A stretch of 64,000 nucleotides of DNA from Histomonas meleagridis 2922-C6/04-290x (lineage: Eukaryota; Protista; Parabasalia): NCBI GenBank assembly GCA_020184695.1, contig JAANOX010000227.1, positions 62,001-126,000 on the forward strand, given 5' to 3'. The translations under genes were made by a program, and so were the position numbers. How positions within the stretch are numbered: position 1 is the stretch's first letter; each line of letters opens with the position of its first letter. This document shows, piece by piece, positions 61,388 through 64,000 of this stretch. Under the pieces are notes generated by a model. It saw nothing but the letters and a program-made list of their open reading frames with translations, was not told where the DNA came from and did no database searches.

Positions 61388-61810
61388 TAAAATTACCTTA
61401 TTAGTGATTAGAAGAAAAAAAAATTAGATAAATATAATAATTTAATTGAATATTGTAATAATACCTTTAATTGTACCACCAATCTTTTTGAAATAATTGT
61501 TTCATCATTAGGTGCAATACCTAAAGTAACCTATAAAGATATCAAAATATTATTACATAATGACAAATATAAAGCGAAATTAATATCCAAAAGATGTTCA
61601 ATGTTGGCTTTAAGATAATCATTAAAAATTTATCGAAAATGGGGTACATATAATATCAGGGACAATTTAGTTAATGAAGAAGATACAGCCGCACAGATCG
61701 AAGAGGAAGTTGAACACAATGGAGACAGAGATGATGATTTGAATAATGATAGTAGTGAGAACAATAGTAATGAAGAAGATTTGAACATTGAAGATTAAGA
61801 GTCGATCATT
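61388..61810 (+). mobile_element. 3' remnant of retrotransposon copy 2
   Basis: Aligns with about 54302-54740 (IIVSSLGAIPK, KIYRKWGTYNI). It has AGA where copy 1 has the TGA at 54511. Confidence 0.85.
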
Positions 61811-62371
61811 GAAAAACTCTCATTTATTATTATTTTCTTATTAATCCTTTATGCATTATAACGAGTAAGTCAATTTTTGAAAGGGTGTTTACTGAAATAT
61901 TCAAAAAGTAGGTAAACATACAAAAATATGCTTGCCTAAGAAATTATTGTTAAAATCACTGATCAATATGGAATATCATATTATTGACATCGTAGGACAC
62001 TTCTGGACATGAGATGGATTATTGTATTTCAGCTGACAATGGGTTAAAGGCACAGTCACGGATGAACCCTTCCAAAATCTAACAAATTGTAGTGACTTAC
62101 TTCTGATCTAAATCGGAACACCATCAAGCAGTGGAGCAAATGTTGCAACATTTGAGTTATTCAACGTGTTTTTCCATTCCATATACATACTAGTAGCGGG
62201 GATGGTCATTAAATTAAAAAATATTTTACATAGTTATTTGTTTAATTGAACCAAGTTTTTCCATTTCTACTATTAAATGGAGTGAATAGTGTTTTGTCAT
62301 TTTTGAAAAAATTAGCACAAAATGCTGCTTTTACGTAAAAAAAGTAGTGTTATACAAATAGTGATATTTGG

Positions 62372-63476
62372 AATTCTCATCAAGCCACTTTTTGAGATGA
62401 AAAAATTAAAAAAAATAATTTCGTTCACAATTTTCAATTCGATTTAAAATTGCAAAAATTTCATTGTTTATTCAGAGAGTGCATATGAAATTTCCATACT
62501 AGCTCTGCTCATGTCTACTGAAACATATCGAGTATATGCAGAACTTTTCCACCTTCCATGGGCTTTTATGATACAATCATTAACATTTTTTAGTGAGGCA
62601 TAATATGCTGCTTCTCTACGAAAACTATGAAATTCATAATTTTGATATTCTTCAACTCCAATAGTCCTAAGTACATAAAGAAGATGAGCTCTGAGTGTGG
62701 ATTGAGTTCGAGATTCTATGTGATCATTACTAAAAATTAAGTTCAAATAATTTATAAATCTGAATGGGCTATAATCTGTCTTATTATCATAAATATATGT
62801 AAACGAATACCATTCCCGAACTGATCTGTTTTAGAAGTCTGTATGTTTAGTTTTATTAAGTTTTCGCCTTCAATTACAATATCGCTTTTTTTAAGGTTTA
62901 GCGCTTCACTTATTCTGAGAAATGCTGCAAACATTAACGATATCAAGAATATAAACTTCAAATTATCAATATTTGTTGGTGGAAATTTTTCAATTATTTT
63001 CGAAAAGCATTTTGGATCAAACGGTAACTTTGCATTCGGACAAAAACCTGAATATAGTGACCTCCTTATTCCACTCTTAAATATTTTGAATTTTATTGAA
63101 TGTGTTAATATTTCCAAGTCATTATGTTGAAAATAATGTGTAAAACTATTAATGTAAGCTAGTAACGTACAACATTTCATATTCTGATTCTTTTTGAATA
63201 TAATGAATGCAACAATTTTGTCATGAGTAATAGGAAATGGTTCTTCGTGTATTAGATTTATCATCACTTTGGCATAAGCATGAATCAGCCTATCATATGT
63301 ACTTTTCGTTTATGTTGAAACATTTGCGGCTGATATTGTATCAGCTTCAGCAAGTAATTGCTCCATCAATGACATTTTAAATATGATTCATAAAAAAAAC
63401 TTAAGAACAATATTGAAAATTGTGAGCGAAATTACTTTTTTTTATTTTTTCATTTCAAAAAGTGTCGATGAGAATT
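62372..63476 (-). mobile_element. About 1.1-kb element: tyrosine recombinase gene bracketed by about 66-bp inverted repeats
   Basis: 62372-62438 is the reverse complement of 63412-63476 at about 60/67. Confidence 0.7.
62468..63375 (-). pseudogene. Tyrosine recombinase (DIRS/Crypton-type YR); one in-frame stop and one frameshift
   Basis: Catalytic set R (FLRISEAL), K (SKTDQ), HxxR (HSFRR), HGRW and Y (AYTRY); ATG at 63375, stop at about 63310, frameshift at about 62780. Confidence 0.85.
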
Positions 63477-63480
63477 ACAC

Positions 63481-63545
63481 ATAATAAAGGCAACTTTTTA
63501 AGACGATGAACTCTGGTCATCGTCTTAAAAAGTTGCCTTTATTAT
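63481..63545. repeat. Perfect 29-bp inverted repeat with a 7-nt spacer
   Basis: ATAATAAAGGCAACTTTTTAAGACGATGA-ACTCTGG-TCATCGTCTTAAAAAGTTGCCTTTATTAT. Confidence 0.97.
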
Positions 63546-63690
63546 TTGTGAATTAATCCTATTATTGAAGAAATAAGTGATGATTTAATTATCATGAATT
63601 AGAGTATATTTGATTTAAAAAACAGATAATTATCCCTTATTATACATGTCATCGAGAATAATTTTTGAAATAATGCTAGATATTATAGGA
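63544..63690 (+). mobile_element. Older, more diverged fragment of the same retrotransposon family
   Basis: Aligns by eye, with many substitutions, to about 49150-49300 (IPIIEE.SD.L...LFIL..IENNF). Confidence 0.6.
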
Positions 63691-64000
63691 TGTCTCACAA
63701 TCTATACTGGGAAGGAAAATCATTCAATAAAATTAGTAGAAAAGAAAAAAAGCAGTTTGGTGAGCCAGCATGAAAGCGTTCGGTTATGCACAAATGGATA
63801 TAGAGAGCCAAATTAAGTCAATATTCTGAGGAAACAGAAGTAATGAAAGAAAATATAGAAAATAGGATTAATTAACCAATATATTATCATATTGTGAGAC
63901 AAAATTTAAATATGTCATGATTATCTACATTCAATTTGATGAAAAATTTTTGCTGTGTCTTATAATAAGTAAATTTGTTGATAGCAGCCAATGTCCACCT

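Noticed and set aside
28696-63130. Numerous short antisense or alternate-frame ORFs overlapping real genes (e.g. 28819, 30299, 32401, 53586, 62843)
   Set aside because: Shadow ORFs of the genuine coding strands with no independent motifs.

Overview
AT-rich, intron-poor eukaryotic DNA that looks like a parabasalid (trichomonad-type) genome, judged from BspA-like LRR genes, a DUF3447-type ankyrin gene and compact housekeeping genes. Bases 1-37 kb hold Raptor, Cgi121, a Kelch protein, a Pol delta-like polymerase lacking two exonuclease carboxylates, a VHS protein, a GNL3/Nug1-like GTPase, the RNA Pol I largest subunit, a cupin and tRNAs. The same half carries pogo, rve and IS5-like transposon debris, a 7-bp satellite and an ankyrin array whose modules are separated by spacers that are all exact multiples of 20 bp. 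Bases 37-64 kb are a nest of mobile elements at two tRNA-Arg(ACG) genes. An R2-superfamily (RT + restriction-like endonuclease) retrotransposon is inserted in a tRNA-Arg gene with a perfect 57-bp target-site duplication that leaves the tRNA intact. Its 5' end is split by an 11-kb Merlin-type DNA transposon (194-bp TIRs, 8-bp TSD) carrying a BspA-like gene and a lactococcin-972-like bacteriocin gene. A second, decayed retrotransposon copy sits at the same distance behind the second tRNA-Arg and contains a P-superfamily element. A tyrosine-recombinase gene bracketed by inverted repeats follows. Single-base insertions in A-runs of an essential gene (RPA1) suggest homopolymer errors in the assembly, so frameshifts should be treated cautiously. 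All family assignments come from motif recognition by eye; no database searches were run.
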